Assembly: GCA_041690055.1 (NCBI GenBank)
Contig: JBDNFB010000015.1
Coordinates: 645-64,644, forward strand
DNA from: Myxococcota bacterium
GTDB lineage: Bacteria > Myxococcota_A > UBA9160 > UBA4427
Direction of reading: 5' to 3'
Length of the DNA: 64,000 nucleotides
The position numbers were made by a program, and so were the translations under genes. Numbering within the stretch: position 1 is the first letter of the stretch; every line of letters begins with the position of its first letter. The notes beneath the pieces were generated by a model. That model made no database searches, had not been told where the DNA came from, and saw nothing but the letters and a program-made list of their open reading frames with translations. Positions 26,563 to 36,870 of the stretch are shown piece by piece.

Positions 26563-27408
26563 CTAAGCCTTTGCAACGCAGCGATTGGATAGCCGGCCGA
26601 TACCTTCGATTTCGGTTTCGATCAACTCACCCGCCGCCAGATACCGACGCGGCTCGCGCACACTACCAACACCGCCCGGTGTCCCGGTGAAAATCAAATC
26701 ACCCGGCATCAGCGTGAGGTACGAAGAGATGTACTCGATGAGCTCCGGCACCGAGAAGATCAGGTTCGAGGTCGTCGATTCCTGCATCTGCTCCCCGGCC
26801 ACCCAACATCGCACCACCAGTGCGTCGGGGTCAGCGAATTCATCGAGGCTCACGAGCGCAGGGCCCGTGGGGCCGAAGGCCGTCGCCGACTTCCCGAGAC
26901 TAAACTGAGGCGGCTTATCCGAGAACTGCAGAGCGCGGTCCGAAATATCTTGCCCCGCCGTGAAGCCCGCGACGTAATCCCAGGCCTGCGCAGCGGAAAC
27001 CCCCGCCGCCGCCTTCCCGATCACAACGACTTGCTCGACCTCCCAGTCCACGCGATCCGAAGTCAGCGGGACCTCCGCCTCGGGTCCGACCAGACACGAC
27101 GGGAATTTCGTGAAGACCATCGGAGAGGAAGGCTCTGGAAGACCCGCCTCCTCGGCGTGATCCTTGTAATTCAGGCCAATCGCGAAGACCTGTGCGGGGC
27201 GCGGAACGGGCGCTTCCAGCCGGGCGGGCACAATCACAGGGCCGGCGTCGCTCGTCGCCTGATCCTCCGCAAATTGACGAATCTCGTCCCAGGCCGCGAA
27301 GGCCGCCATCGGATCCGAGGGCAGGCGCCCTCCGCTCTGCTGCTCGAGGTCGACGAAATGACCGCCCATATCGAGGCCCAATCGCCCCTCATAATTCACC
27401 AAGCGCAT
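26563..27408 (-). CDS. fumarylacetoacetate hydrolase (FAH) family protein
   Basis: C-terminal FAH fold motifs: VFAIGLNYKDHAEE, TLMPGDLIFTGTPGGVG. Confidence 0.85.
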   Translation of the reverse strand: MRLVNYEGRLGLDMGGHFVDLEQQSGGRLPSDPMAAFAAWDEIRQFAEDQATSDAGPVIVPARLEAPVPRPAQVFAIGLNYKDHAEEAGLPEPSSPMVFTKFPSCLVGPEAEVPLTSDRVDWEVEQVVVIGKAAAGVSAAQAWDYVAGFTAGQDISDRALQFSDKPPQFSLGKSATAFGPTGPALVSLDEFADPDALVVRCWVAGEQMQESTTSNLIFSVPELIEYISSYLTLMPGDLIFTGTPGGVGSVREPRRYLAAGELIETEIEGIGRLSNRCVAKA

Positions 27409-27807
27409 GATTTCTCCCGATCAGAAAGGTCGATCTCCGCCTCGACGGCGCACTGTCGGCCCGCCAAATTTTGGCCAGAAGCGCCGCACCTGCAAAAAGG
27501 AGGTGCATCCTACCCCCTCGAGCGCTGCTTCGCGGCCTTCCCGCTGCACCTGCTTCTATTTTATCCAGGCATCATGCGGAGATCCCCTCGGGACCCCGAT
27601 CCCCTTCGCTACCCGAACCACTCGCTGGCGAGCGCCCTTGGTGTAACCTCCGTCCTTCGCAGCGACCGGAGCCCATCCCCCCGACTCGACTCGCCTGATT
27701 CAGGTGAATTCCAGAACGCGGAGGGACGGCACCGATTCGCCGCTTCGTATGCCCTTCTCTGGGCATGCGGGAACTTTGGGCATGCGGAAAACGCCGCCGG
27801 GGGTCGG

Positions 27808-29202
27808 GTGGGACGTCGAATCATCATCTGTGACGGAGCCGAGAGCGCTCGCCTTTGGGCACACATAGGCACCGACGCGTCCGAAGAACTGAACTGGGTT
27901 CCCCGCGAAGAAGAAGGGCGCGCGCGCCCGCCTGGCTTCAAGATGCTCCAGGGTGGTCTCGGCGAAGACGCGATCGCCAAGCTGAGTCCGGCAGACGACG
28001 ATGAGTACGCGCTTGTCAGCGACGATGGTCCGTGGACACGGCTTGCCGTCCGCGAAATCCGCAAGGTCGATGAAGACGCCTCGATCCTGGTGCTCTCCGA
28101 CAGCCTCACGAAAGACGACCTCCCGGACCATGCCTCGCTCCGCCGAACGGGCTGGAAGACGCTGATCCGCGACGATATCAACGAGGAATTCGGTCATCTT
28201 GCCAACCTGCAGCGCGTGGTAAAGATCCGCGAGCTCCTCGGGCCGAAAGAGAAAATCGGCATCCTCGTCCAGCCCGATCCCGATCCCGACGGCATCGCCA
28301 GCGCCTACGCCCTGCGCGCACTGCTCGGACGAAAGCGCACGACGGCGCCTCTCATCTCCTTCGGCGATGTACAGCGCCCTGAAAACCGCGCGCTCTGCCA
28401 CGCGGTGGGCATCGATGTACGCGTGATCACGCCCGACGAGCTCAACGAATTCGACTCGCTGGTCATGGTCGACGTGCAGCCCAACGTGTTCGGCGAAAAC
28501 CCGCCGGAGCGACTGCTCACGCCGGACGTCATCATCGATCATCATCCGGAACGTTCGGGCTACTCCGCCACGATCACGGATATCCGCACAAGCTACGGTG
28601 CGACCTCGACAATCTTCACCGAGTATCTCCGCGCGACGAAAACCGAGATCAATCCCAAGCTTGCCACCGCTTTGCTCTACGGCATCAAGAGCGACACGCA
28701 GTATCTCGGACGCGACTCCAGCCCGCGCGACATGCTCGCCTTCGCTCACCTGCACGAGTCACATAGCCCGGCACTACTGCGGCGCATCGAGCGGCCGGCT
28801 CTACCGATACCGGGATTGCAGGCGCTTGGCCGTGCACTCGCGAAAGCCGAAGTACGCGACGGAATTCATATTCTGATTCTTGGGCGCGTCCGCGAAGACG
28901 TGATCCCACAGGTGGCCGACATGGCGCTCCAGGCCGAGGGCGCGGAGTGGGCGGTTGCGGTCGGCATCGTCGATCGGAATCTCGTCTTCTCCGTGCGCAA
29001 CGTGGGTTATGTGCGCGCCGCCGGTGAAGTCGTACGCGCCGTTGTCGAAGGGCTCGGCGTGGGCGGCGGACATCGATCCATGGCGAAAGGCATCATCCCG
29101 CTCAAAGCCTTCCGCGAAGTCTATGGCAGAGCCGACCGTGCCCAGGTCCGCAGCGCGCTCTACGACGCCTTCGTCCGCGCGATCAATAAAGACACAGACT
29201 GA
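27808..29202 (+). CDS. DHH/DHHA1 family phosphoesterase (NrnA-like) with an N-terminal Rossmann/RCK-like domain
   Basis: DHH motifs [21 protein letters not shown] and GIKSDT, with a C-terminal GGGH. The track ORF (from 26950) is inflated over the antisense of the FAH gene. Start is GTG 27808, or alternatively ATG 27574. Confidence 0.75.
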   Translation: MGRRIIICDGAESARLWAHIGTDASEELNWVPREEEGRARPPGFKMLQGGLGEDAIAKLSPADDDEYALVSDDGPWTRLAVREIRKVDEDASILVLSDSLTKDDLPDHASLRRTGWKTLIRDDINEEFGHLANLQRVVKIRELLGPKEKIGILVQPDPDPDGIASAYALRALLGRKRTTAPLISFGDVQRPENRALCHAVGIDVRVITPDELNEFDSLVMVDVQPNVFGENPPERLLTPDVIIDHHPERSGYSATITDIRTSYGATSTIFTEYLRATKTEINPKLATALLYGIKSDTQYLGRDSSPRDMLAFAHLHESHSPALLRRIERPALPIPGLQALGRALAKAEVRDGIHILILGRVREDVIPQVADMALQAEGAEWAVAVGIVDRNLVFSVRNVGYVRAAGEVVRAVVEGLGVGGGHRSMAKGIIPLKAFREVYGRADRAQVRSALYDAFVRAINKDTD

Positions 29203-29206
29203 TCCT

Positions 29207-29497
29207 GTGACGCGCCCGAAGGCTCTCGATCCCGAGGAAATCGAATCACGAATGACGACGTTAGGCGAATGGACCATCGAGGCCGGCAAGCTTCATCGCC
29301 AGTTCAAATTTCGCGATTTCGCAGAAGCCTTCGCCTTCATGTCCGAGATCGCGATTCGCGCAGAAAAGATGGATCATCATCCCGAATGGTCGAACGTCTA
29401 TAGCCGTGTCGTCGTCGACCTTGTGACACACGACGCCGGCGGGCTCACAGAGCTCGATTTCAGGCTCGCCGTCTTGATGGACCGCGCCGCCGGGTAA
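29207..29497 (+). CDS. pterin-4-alpha-carbinolamine dehydratase
   Basis: [42 protein letters not shown] is the PCD signature. GTG start 5 nt after the DHH stop codon. Confidence 0.85.
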   Translation: MTRPKALDPEEIESRMTTLGEWTIEAGKLHRQFKFRDFAEAFAFMSEIAIRAEKMDHHPEWSNVYSRVVVDLVTHDAGGLTELDFRLAVLMDRAAG

Positions 29498-29572
29498 CCC
29501 GACCCGCGCCCTTTTACTCTTTCCTTCACTCTGCCCTTCACTCTGCTCTCCTTCCTTTGATGAACGCGAAAA

Positions 29573-31153
29573 CTACGCGTTCATCGAAAGCAGCTGATGC
29601 GCGCCCTTCGTCTTCTCCGGAATAGGAATGCCGAGCGGGCAACTACCCAGACACGGTGCTGAGCAACCGGCGCAGGCCTCCGCATTCACTTCGAGCTTTG
29701 AATACAACTCCATCGCGTTGCGCTCGTCGTGGTAGTCCTCGAAATACATGCGATGCCGAAGTACGTCATGGATTGGCACTTCCTCCGGACAGCTCGACAA
29801 GCACGCACCGCAATGCGGAGCGCAGTAGGAGCCGAGAATTGCTCGGTCGTAGCTCTGCAGGGTTGCCACATCCTCATTCGAAAGCGAGCCGCCCGACGCG
29901 TGTAGATACTCGTCCAGATGCTGCTGTTCGAAGAATGAGATCACCGCGCAGGACACCTTCGGATTTGAATGCACCCATTTGAGCGCCGCCTGGGCATACG
30001 TATCCGCAGAGTGGAACTCTTCAAGGTTGCGATGCTTCGCTCCCTTCAGCGTCTTCATCGCCACGATCCCCATGTCCTGCTCATCGTGAGCCCGGTCGAT
30101 AATCGAGCCGAGCTGCGGCCAGATCCCATGATGATAGGCGAGCATCATTACGTCGAAGCGACCGGAATCGATCGTCTGATTCGCGACCTGGACTAGGCGA
30201 GGCGTATGCGTTGAAACGCCGAGGAAGCGCACCTTCCCTTCCGCCTTCAGCTGATCGAAGGCCTCGTGTACGTTCGGATCCATTAGGCGGCCCACCTCGT
30301 CGCAGGAATGGATATGGACGAGGTCGACGTAATCCGTGCCGAGTCGGCCGAGGCTCTCATGAATCACTTCCTTGTACCGGTCCACCGAAGTGCCCTCCGG
30401 AAGATGTCCAATCGGAGTACAAAACTTGGTCGCCAGAAAAATTTGATCTCGCGGAATTTCTTTGAGCGCGCGACCCACGGCGAGCTCACTACCCGAGGTC
30501 GAGTAGTCGGGCGCCGTATCGACGTAGTTGATGCCGCGCTCGAACGCCGCCTTCACCAAGGGCCAAGATTCCTCGCCCTTCAGGCGACCCGCGCCGAGTA
30601 CCGTATCGGATACTTTCCATTCCGTTCGGCCCAGGCGTCCGTACGACTGCACCTGCGCGCCCTTCCAGGCATCATCCCAGGTCGGATGCGTTTTGATCAC
30701 GCCGTTATCCGCACTGATCTGGGTGCTCACATCGAGCCAGCCGTTCCCTTTCTTGCCCACACCGAAGAGTGAATGCCCAAGCATCCCGGCCGTGCCGGCA
30801 GCAAGCGCGCTTGCTCCCGCCGCGCTATTCGCCAGGAAGGCGCGACGAGTGCCCGCAGCGGCCGTGCCTGTGCTCGATTCTTCCTCCCCGCGATTTCGCA
30901 ATGCGCGGAAGACGAAGACACCCAGGATGGGCAGTGCCAGAAGGGAAACGAAAGCGGCCACGATCCCGCCCACGGCGTTCGGTACATCGGGTGCCAGATT
31001 GTGCTGAACCCATTCTCCGGCGGGGAAGGCTGACGCGTCGAGACCAATCACGGCGTGATAGAGGTAGTGTCCACTGATCGCATAGCCAGCGATCAGGGCC
31101 AGGACCGCCACAATCGCCAAAGCCCGACTGGTGCTGCCTTTTTCGAATGCCAT
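29573..31153 (-). CDS. aldo/keto reductase with Tat-type signal and C-terminal Cys-rich (4Fe-4S-like) domain
   Basis: AKR core (GINYVDTAPDYSTSGSELAVG.., FLATKF). RRAFLANSAAGASALAAG twin-arginine motif. C-terminal CAPHCGACLSSCP...CAGCSAPCLGSCP. Start set at MAFEKGS (31153); the rest of the 806-aa track ORF is shadow. Confidence 0.75.
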   Translation of the reverse strand: MAFEKGSTSRALAIVAVLALIAGYAISGHYLYHAVIGLDASAFPAGEWVQHNLAPDVPNAVGGIVAAFVSLLALPILGVFVFRALRNRGEEESSTGTAAAGTRRAFLANSAAGASALAAGTAGMLGHSLFGVGKKGNGWLDVSTQISADNGVIKTHPTWDDAWKGAQVQSYGRLGRTEWKVSDTVLGAGRLKGEESWPLVKAAFERGINYVDTAPDYSTSGSELAVGRALKEIPRDQIFLATKFCTPIGHLPEGTSVDRYKEVIHESLGRLGTDYVDLVHIHSCDEVGRLMDPNVHEAFDQLKAEGKVRFLGVSTHTPRLVQVANQTIDSGRFDVMMLAYHHGIWPQLGSIIDRAHDEQDMGIVAMKTLKGAKHRNLEEFHSADTYAQAALKWVHSNPKVSCAVISFFEQQHLDEYLHASGGSLSNEDVATLQSYDRAILGSYCAPHCGACLSSCPEEVPIHDVLRHRMYFEDYHDERNAMELYSKLEVNAEACAGCSAPCLGSCPLGIPIPEKTKGAHQLLSMNA

Positions 31154-31309
31154 GGCTCGCTCTCCTTCATCGCGAATCGCATACGATGGCTCGAGTTGCG
31201 GTCGGTGCGTTGCGCCACCCGCTTTATCTGGGCAAGTATACGGCCGAAAGGCGCCAAACCACAGGCGCTCAGAGGACCCCGAGTCGATCGGGCGAGAGGA
31301 AAGACCGCT

Positions 31310-31777
31310 ATGCCGAGCCCCCTGGTCATTCCGAAAGTCGAAGCGTTTCCCAAATTCGAGGGTCACGACCTCGGCACGACGGAATGGCACACGATTACTC
31401 AAGAGCAGATCGACGCTTTCGCCCAGGCGACGGGCGACCATCAATGGATCCACGTGGACCGGGAGCGCGCCAAACGCGAGTCGCCTTTCGGCACGACGAT
31501 CGCGCATGGATATCTGACGGTGGCGCTTGCCCCCGCCCTGCTTCCCGAACTCATCGAAGTGGAGCAATGCTCTCAGATCGTGAACTACGGAATCGAGAAG
31601 CTTCGACTTCGCGAGCCCGTTCCCTCGGGCAGCCGCATCCGGCTCGCCGGGAAGGTAGGGCGCGTTCGAAAGGTGCCCGGTGGCGCAATGCGCGTCGCAC
31701 TCGAGATGAAGTTCGAGGTGGAAGGCGCGAAGCGACCCGCTTGCTCGGGCCAGCTCGTATTCGTTTATTTTCCGTAG
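31310..31777 (+). CDS. MaoC-like (R)-specific enoyl-CoA hydratase/dehydratase
   Basis: Hot-dog fold motif FAQATGDHQWIHVDRERAKRESPFGTTIAHGYL. GAGAGGA Shine-Dalgarno before ATG 31310. Confidence 0.85.
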   Translation: MPSPLVIPKVEAFPKFEGHDLGTTEWHTITQEQIDAFAQATGDHQWIHVDRERAKRESPFGTTIAHGYLTVALAPALLPELIEVEQCSQIVNYGIEKLRLREPVPSGSRIRLAGKVGRVRKVPGGAMRVALEMKFEVEGAKRPACSGQLVFVYFP

Positions 31778-31832
31778 AGCCGCGGGGCGGCTCTGAGCCG
31801 AAGGCGCTTTTCCGTAGAGCCGCGGGGCGGCT
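31768..31832. repeat. 25-nt direct repeat TTTTCCGTAGAGCCGCGGGGCGGCT x2, spaced 40 bp
   Basis: Copy 1 (31768-31792) contains the MaoC stop codon. Copy 2 (31808-31832) abuts the stop of the convergent hydrolase gene. Each copy carries a small GC hairpin. Confidence 0.85.
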
Positions 31833-31835
31833 GGG

Positions 31836-32720
31836 TTAGTCCGCGAGGAATGTGCGGATTTTGGCGAGGAAGAGGTCCAGTTGATCGTGATGGACCCAGT
31901 GACCGGCATCCTCGACGCGCAGGACTTCATGGTCCGAAACATGCTTTGCGCGGCCATCATCGCGGGGATCGCCATGCCAGCTCTCGGTGCCATGGACTAA
32001 CAAGGCTGGGCAGTTGATGCGCTGCCAGAGTTTCTCGTTCGTGTCGGCCGGAGGGCGTGCGGGGAAAAAGGCGCGCGCGGCGTTGTCGAATTTCCAGGAA
32101 AACGTTCCGTCTTCGTTTCGGGCCACACCATGCACAGTGAGGTGACGCGCTTGATCATGAGAGAGATGCGGATTCGCGCTCTGCATGCGGGCGGCGGCCT
32201 CATCGATCGACGGATACCGCTTGGGAAGCCGCTTTGAGCTCGACCGAACGGTCTCGATCCATTGCTGCATCAGCTCCCAGTTTTCCTTGCCCGCGAATCG
32301 CGCCGTGACAACGGGCGGAATACCCATCCCTTCGACGGCCACAATTTTGTTGACCTTTTCGGGAAAGACGCCGGTGTAGTAGAGGGAGACGGCTCCGCCG
32401 AGGGAATGGGCCACGATACGGAGAGGGGCCAGGTCGAGAACCTCGATCAGCTGAGCAATATCGAGCACGAATTCCGGGATCGTGTACTGCCCGCCCTGAG
32501 CCCAGGCGGAGTCTCCGTGCCCGCGGAGATCTGGCGCGATCACGTGATAATCCTTGCGCAGCGCCCGCGCGACCCAATCCCAACTCCGTGCATGATCCTG
32601 CCCACCATGCACCAGAAGCAGAGGGGGTTTGTCCTCGTTGCCCCAATCCACGAAATGCAGTTTCAGGCGCTGGGAGACGTAATAGCTGGAAGCTGGGCCG
32701 ACAATTTCATAGTCCGACAT
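31836..32720 (-). CDS. alpha/beta hydrolase fold protein
   Basis: HGGQDH oxyanion region, nucleophile elbow AHSLGG, and C-terminal DAGHWVHHD. Confidence 0.85.
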   Translation of the reverse strand: MSDYEIVGPASSYYVSQRLKLHFVDWGNEDKPPLLLVHGGQDHARSWDWVARALRKDYHVIAPDLRGHGDSAWAQGGQYTIPEFVLDIAQLIEVLDLAPLRIVAHSLGGAVSLYYTGVFPEKVNKIVAVEGMGIPPVVTARFAGKENWELMQQWIETVRSSSKRLPKRYPSIDEAAARMQSANPHLSHDQARHLTVHGVARNEDGTFSWKFDNAARAFFPARPPADTNEKLWQRINCPALLVHGTESWHGDPRDDGRAKHVSDHEVLRVEDAGHWVHHDQLDLFLAKIRTFLAD

Positions 32721-32883
32721 CCGAGAAATCCTTTCGCATGTGCCAGCCGGCTGGTCGGCGAGATCGCCGTGCGGCGGCGCGATTATAGGCCGATCCCACT
32801 CCCCTAGGGCGACTGGAACGAGACGCGCGGTCCGGCGTTCACATCGATGCCTTTCCGGGTCGGGTCGCGTTATCGTACAAGCG

Positions 32884-34554
32884 ATGAAGATTGCTCTCGC
32901 TCAGATCAACCCCACAGTCGGAGACCTCGCCGGCAATCGGCGCCTCGCCCAGGAAGCAGCCGACCGAGCCGCTTCTGCAGGTGCCGACTGTGTCGTCCTC
33001 CCTGAACTCGCGCTGACGGGCTACCCGCCCATGGACCTCCTCGAGCGCGACCGCTTCGTGGATGACCAGCTCGCAGAGCTCGACGAGCTCGCCAAATCCT
33101 CCCGCAATATCACGATCATCGTCGGTGCGGTAACGCGCACGGACGATGCGCGGCCCAAAGAGATTCAGAACTCCGCGGTGGTCCTCGCTGAAGGACGCCG
33201 CGTCGCACATCGCGCCAAGACACTGCTCCCGACCTACGACGTATTCGACGAGCGACGCTACTTCGCGATGGCGAAGGACAGGTCGCCCGTGGATTTGCCG
33301 GGCCTGGGCGGGAGCCTCGGGTTGGCCATTTGCGAAGACACCTGGTCGGGCACGCGGCCGTATAAGATCGACCCCGTCTCGGAGCTCGTCGCTGCGGGAG
33401 CCGATATCATCATCAATCCCTCCGCATCGCCCTGGCATGTCGGCAAGGCGGCCGAGCGACGTGCCATGTTCGCCGAGGTTGCTCGCAAACACTCGCGGCC
33501 GCTCGTGTTCGTCAACCAAGTCGGCGGAAACGACGAACTCGTCTTCGACGGCGGCTCTTGCGTCCTCGACGCAAGCGGTCGCGTCCACGCCGCGATGCCG
33601 CTCTTTGAGACCGGTATCGCTGTTTGCGATCTGGGGACGTTAGGCGACAATTCGACTGCGGACGATTTCCAGGGCTGCCCCATCGACGAAGTCGACGAGT
33701 TGAGCCCCATTGAGCAGCTCGAACGCGGCCTAGTCATGGGCATCCGCGACTATTTCCTAAAGCAGAACCTGCCTCCCGGCGCGGTCATTGGACTCTCCGG
33801 CGGCATCGACTCTGCGGTAACGGCCCATCTTGCCGTCGAGGCGCTGGGCGCGGACCGCGTGCTCGGCATCGCAATGCCCGGCCCCTTCTCTTCAGAGCAC
33901 AGCATCGAGGACGCGTTCAAACTTGGCGAGAAACTGGGCATAGAAGTGCGCCGCGCCGATATCGGCCCGATTTACGAGGTCTACCATAACCTTTTCGGCC
34001 AACTCTTCGGCGAACGCGACGATTACGGCCTAACACAACAGAATATCCAGAGCCGAATTCGGGGCGCGATCCTGATGGCCTGCTCCAACGAAGAGAACCG
34101 ACTCGTCCTCGCGACCGGTAACAAGAGCGAGCTTTCTGTCGGATACTGCACGCTCTACGGCGATACCGTGGGCGGCATTGGCGTGCTCGGCGATGTCTAC
34201 AAGGGCGACGTCTACAATCTCGCGCATCATGCCAACCGCGATCGCGAGCGCATTCCGGCTAATACGATTGAAAAGCCACCTTCGGCAGAACTTGCTGCGG
34301 ACCAGCTCGATCAGGACGATTTGCCCTCGTACGATATTCTCGACAATGTCCTGACCCAGGCGATCGAAGGCAAGCGCAGCTGGGCCTCGATCGAACCGCC
34401 GCCGGGATGCACGCCCGAAGTGGCCGCCGACATCGTCCGGCGTCTCGACCGCAACGAGTACAAGCGGCGGCAGACGCCGCTCGTGCTGCGCACTTCAAAG
34501 AAGGCCTTTGGCGGCGGGCGGCGGCTCCCGATCGTCCACCGCTACTCGGGCTAG
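32884..34554 (+). CDS. nadE: glutamine-dependent NAD+ synthetase
   Basis: N-terminal CN-hydrolase domain (MKIALAQINP.., ICED) plus a C-terminal synthetase domain with SGGIDS P-loop. Confidence 0.9.
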   Translation: MKIALAQINPTVGDLAGNRRLAQEAADRAASAGADCVVLPELALTGYPPMDLLERDRFVDDQLAELDELAKSSRNITIIVGAVTRTDDARPKEIQNSAVVLAEGRRVAHRAKTLLPTYDVFDERRYFAMAKDRSPVDLPGLGGSLGLAICEDTWSGTRPYKIDPVSELVAAGADIIINPSASPWHVGKAAERRAMFAEVARKHSRPLVFVNQVGGNDELVFDGGSCVLDASGRVHAAMPLFETGIAVCDLGTLGDNSTADDFQGCPIDEVDELSPIEQLERGLVMGIRDYFLKQNLPPGAVIGLSGGIDSAVTAHLAVEALGADRVLGIAMPGPFSSEHSIEDAFKLGEKLGIEVRRADIGPIYEVYHNLFGQLFGERDDYGLTQQNIQSRIRGAILMACSNEENRLVLATGNKSELSVGYCTLYGDTVGGIGVLGDVYKGDVYNLAHHANRDRERIPANTIEKPPSAELAADQLDQDDLPSYDILDNVLTQAIEGKRSWASIEPPPGCTPEVAADIVRRLDRNEYKRRQTPLVLRTSKKAFGGGRRLPIVHRYSG

Positions 34555-34611
34555 GCTTTCGCCTACGGAAAGCCGCCTCAGGCCTAAGAAAATGCGTCTG
34601 GGAAAAGCGGG

Positions 34612-35691
34612 CTAAGAGATCAGGGCCAGAGCGTTCAGGTCGCGAATTTGTGCGCAGGATCGCGACGCCATCGCCATGAACATCTCGTCTCCCCGGTCGG
34701 TTTGACCCACGGCGAGCGCGCCTAACATCGTGATCGAAGGTCCCTGGAAGGTTCCGTAGACATAATCGTGCCGGACCTGCTCGGCCGTTCGCTTCACCCC
34801 GAGTGCAGCCATCGCCTCTCGGTAGACCTCGAGCATATGATCTTCGTGCGCTCGCCTCTGCTCCGGCGGAGAGCTGTTGCCCAGGAGATAGGCGAGGTCC
34901 TGCCCACCGCAGGCAACCGAAAGCGTCTGCCAGTCCACCGCCGCGACCTGACAACCGGAATCCGTGTGCTCGAACATCAAATTATCGAGCCGGTAATCAC
35001 CGTGCACGAGGGTTTTTTCGGCGGGCCGCGTCTCCATCCAACGCCCGACGCCCGCGGCGAAGGCGCTGAGTGTCTCGGCGTCTGCTGAAGAAAGCCGGTC
35101 TTTATAGCGCTCGATAAATGCAGGCGTTCCCATCTCGATATAGAGCTGGAACTGGCCGCTGAGTCCCGTCGTCACCCAATCGATCTCGTCGAGGGTCGGG
35201 TCGTTCCAGCGCGGGGCGTGCAGCCCCGCCAAATTGCGGACCGCTGCCTCGATTTCCACGTCGCTCCCGCCGGCGATCTGATCGCCCTGGGTCTTGGGTG
35301 CAAGATCTCCAAGAAGCAACGTAAAGGTCGCTTCGTCGTCGGCGATTGCACCGTAATAACAATCCGCCGTGTTGATCGCGAGGCTATTGCCGATCTCGGT
35401 ATAGAAGCGCGTCTCGGCTTTGTAGCCGCCGCTCGCACCCGCCCCGCGACTCGCCTCACTCGGGGAGGGAAATTTCCCAACGAGAGTCTTCGGCGCATCG
35501 CCGGGGTCGCCCTCGTATTCAAGGAAGATGCGCTCGTTATGCGCCATCTGCCCCGTCCCCACGGCTTCGCTGCGCAGCGAACGCACCGTGACATCGAGGC
35601 CTGCGACACGTAGCGCCGCAGTCATCCACTCGGGATTCAGCTCATGGGGTTCGACAAGGATCGCGGGGTTCGGCGGATTCGTTTTCGACAT
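34612..35691 (-). CDS. phosphotransferase (APH/CHK-like kinase) family protein
   Basis: Brenner motif LVHGDYRLDNLMF and a downstream DWQ. Confidence 0.8.
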   Translation of the reverse strand: MSKTNPPNPAILVEPHELNPEWMTAALRVAGLDVTVRSLRSEAVGTGQMAHNERIFLEYEGDPGDAPKTLVGKFPSPSEASRGAGASGGYKAETRFYTEIGNSLAINTADCYYGAIADDEATFTLLLGDLAPKTQGDQIAGGSDVEIEAAVRNLAGLHAPRWNDPTLDEIDWVTTGLSGQFQLYIEMGTPAFIERYKDRLSSADAETLSAFAAGVGRWMETRPAEKTLVHGDYRLDNLMFEHTDSGCQVAAVDWQTLSVACGGQDLAYLLGNSSPPEQRRAHEDHMLEVYREAMAALGVKRTAEQVRHDYVYGTFQGPSITMLGALAVGQTDRGDEMFMAMASRSCAQIRDLNALALIS

Positions 35692-35818
35692 GCGGAGAGC
35701 ATGCGATCCGAAGCGCGCAGGATCAAGTCCGCTCCTCGCCGATCGCGACCGCCGGCGCGGCGGGCCTGATACCCGCCCCTATTTCCTCGCAAAGCTCCTC
35801 GAAAAACCCCTCGAAAAA

Positions 35819-36334
35819 CTACGAAGCAGCAGGCGCAGCTGCAGCGGGGGCGGCGTCGGGCGTCGCATGCCGAACATGCTCTGCGCGGGCACCGCGGGGG
35901 CCTTCTTGGACGACGTACTCTACGAAGTCGCCCTCGGACAGATTATCGTAATCGCCTGCATTGAGACCGGACCGATGGAAGAAGACTTCCTTGCCGTCGT
36001 CTCCACGAATGAAGCCGAAGCCTCGATCGCGCACCATCTTCTTGATCTTGCCCTTGGACTTCGGACCACTCGGCGGAGCGCTGGGCCCGCCGCCTGCCTG
36101 CGGCGTGCGCTTGCGACCGCGGCCTCCACTCCGCCGCCCGCCGGGCGCGCGGAAGCGGTCGGTCGCAACAAACTCGCTGCGGAAGAGGTCGAGCGGGACC
36201 GTGAGATCCTGAAGACCGTCTTGTTCCGGCGAGAGCAGGATTTCTTCATCTTCGAACTCGACCACGCTGTAGCGAAGGCCCGTGTTCTTATGGGTCACGT
36301 AGAGTCCGGATTCAATTTCGTCGAGGGTCAGCAT
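35819..36334 (-). CDS. cold-shock-domain protein with an N-terminal extra domain, an RGG-rich linker and an Ala-rich tail
   Basis: CSD with RNP1-like DRGFGFI and VFFH. Preceded by GGRRSGGRGRKR. GGAGAAG Shine-Dalgarno. Confidence 0.8.
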   Translation of the reverse strand: MLTLDEIESGLYVTHKNTGLRYSVVEFEDEEILLSPEQDGLQDLTVPLDLFRSEFVATDRFRAPGGRRSGGRGRKRTPQAGGGPSAPPSGPKSKGKIKKMVRDRGFGFIRGDDGKEVFFHRSGLNAGDYDNLSEGDFVEYVVQEGPRGARAEHVRHATPDAAPAAAAPAAS

Positions 36335-36870
36335 GACGCTTCTCCAAATGGCTAATCGGCTTGCTCAGCGCTTTCCGCGATCTTCGCGTTCGTCGCATCG
36401 GCTGGCCGTGGCCCGCTTTGGCCGCTCGCTCAGCAGCTTGTTCGGCGGTCGCGCCCTCGCTGTTAAAGCGATGCCCCATCTTTTGGATGAGGCTTGAGTG
36501 CGTCCAGGCGCGGCCTCAGAAAGACCGCAGCGTGTTCTAATTTTTTAACCCCGAAGAGTCTTTAATCCCCTGAAGAGGCTTTATCCCCGCCGTTCGGGCG
36601 GGGTGGATCGCCGCACTGTCTCGGGCGAGAACCACAAACGAAAACCACGAAAAAAGAAAAGCGAACCAGCAAACGCGACCGTGGTTTCTGTCCACGATTC
36701 GCACTCACCCGTCACGGCATCTTCTTCATCCGCGCTCTTAGGGGGCATTGCGCCGAGGGGGTCACAGCATCTGACGCGAACCCGCGGTGCAACGGCCTTT
36801 GAGAGTAGGAGAGGTTATACGCAGGGTCAACATGGGCCGGTCGGATCCGAACGGCGCTCAGGCCTGCTAA

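Noticed and set aside
26950-27807. N-terminal 286 codons of the 750-aa track ORF. The analogous case is 31154-31993 of the 806-aa track ORF.
   Set aside because: These extensions overlap the FAH and MaoC genes respectively and look like antisense read-through. The recognisable DHH and AKR domains start later, so the starts were moved inward.
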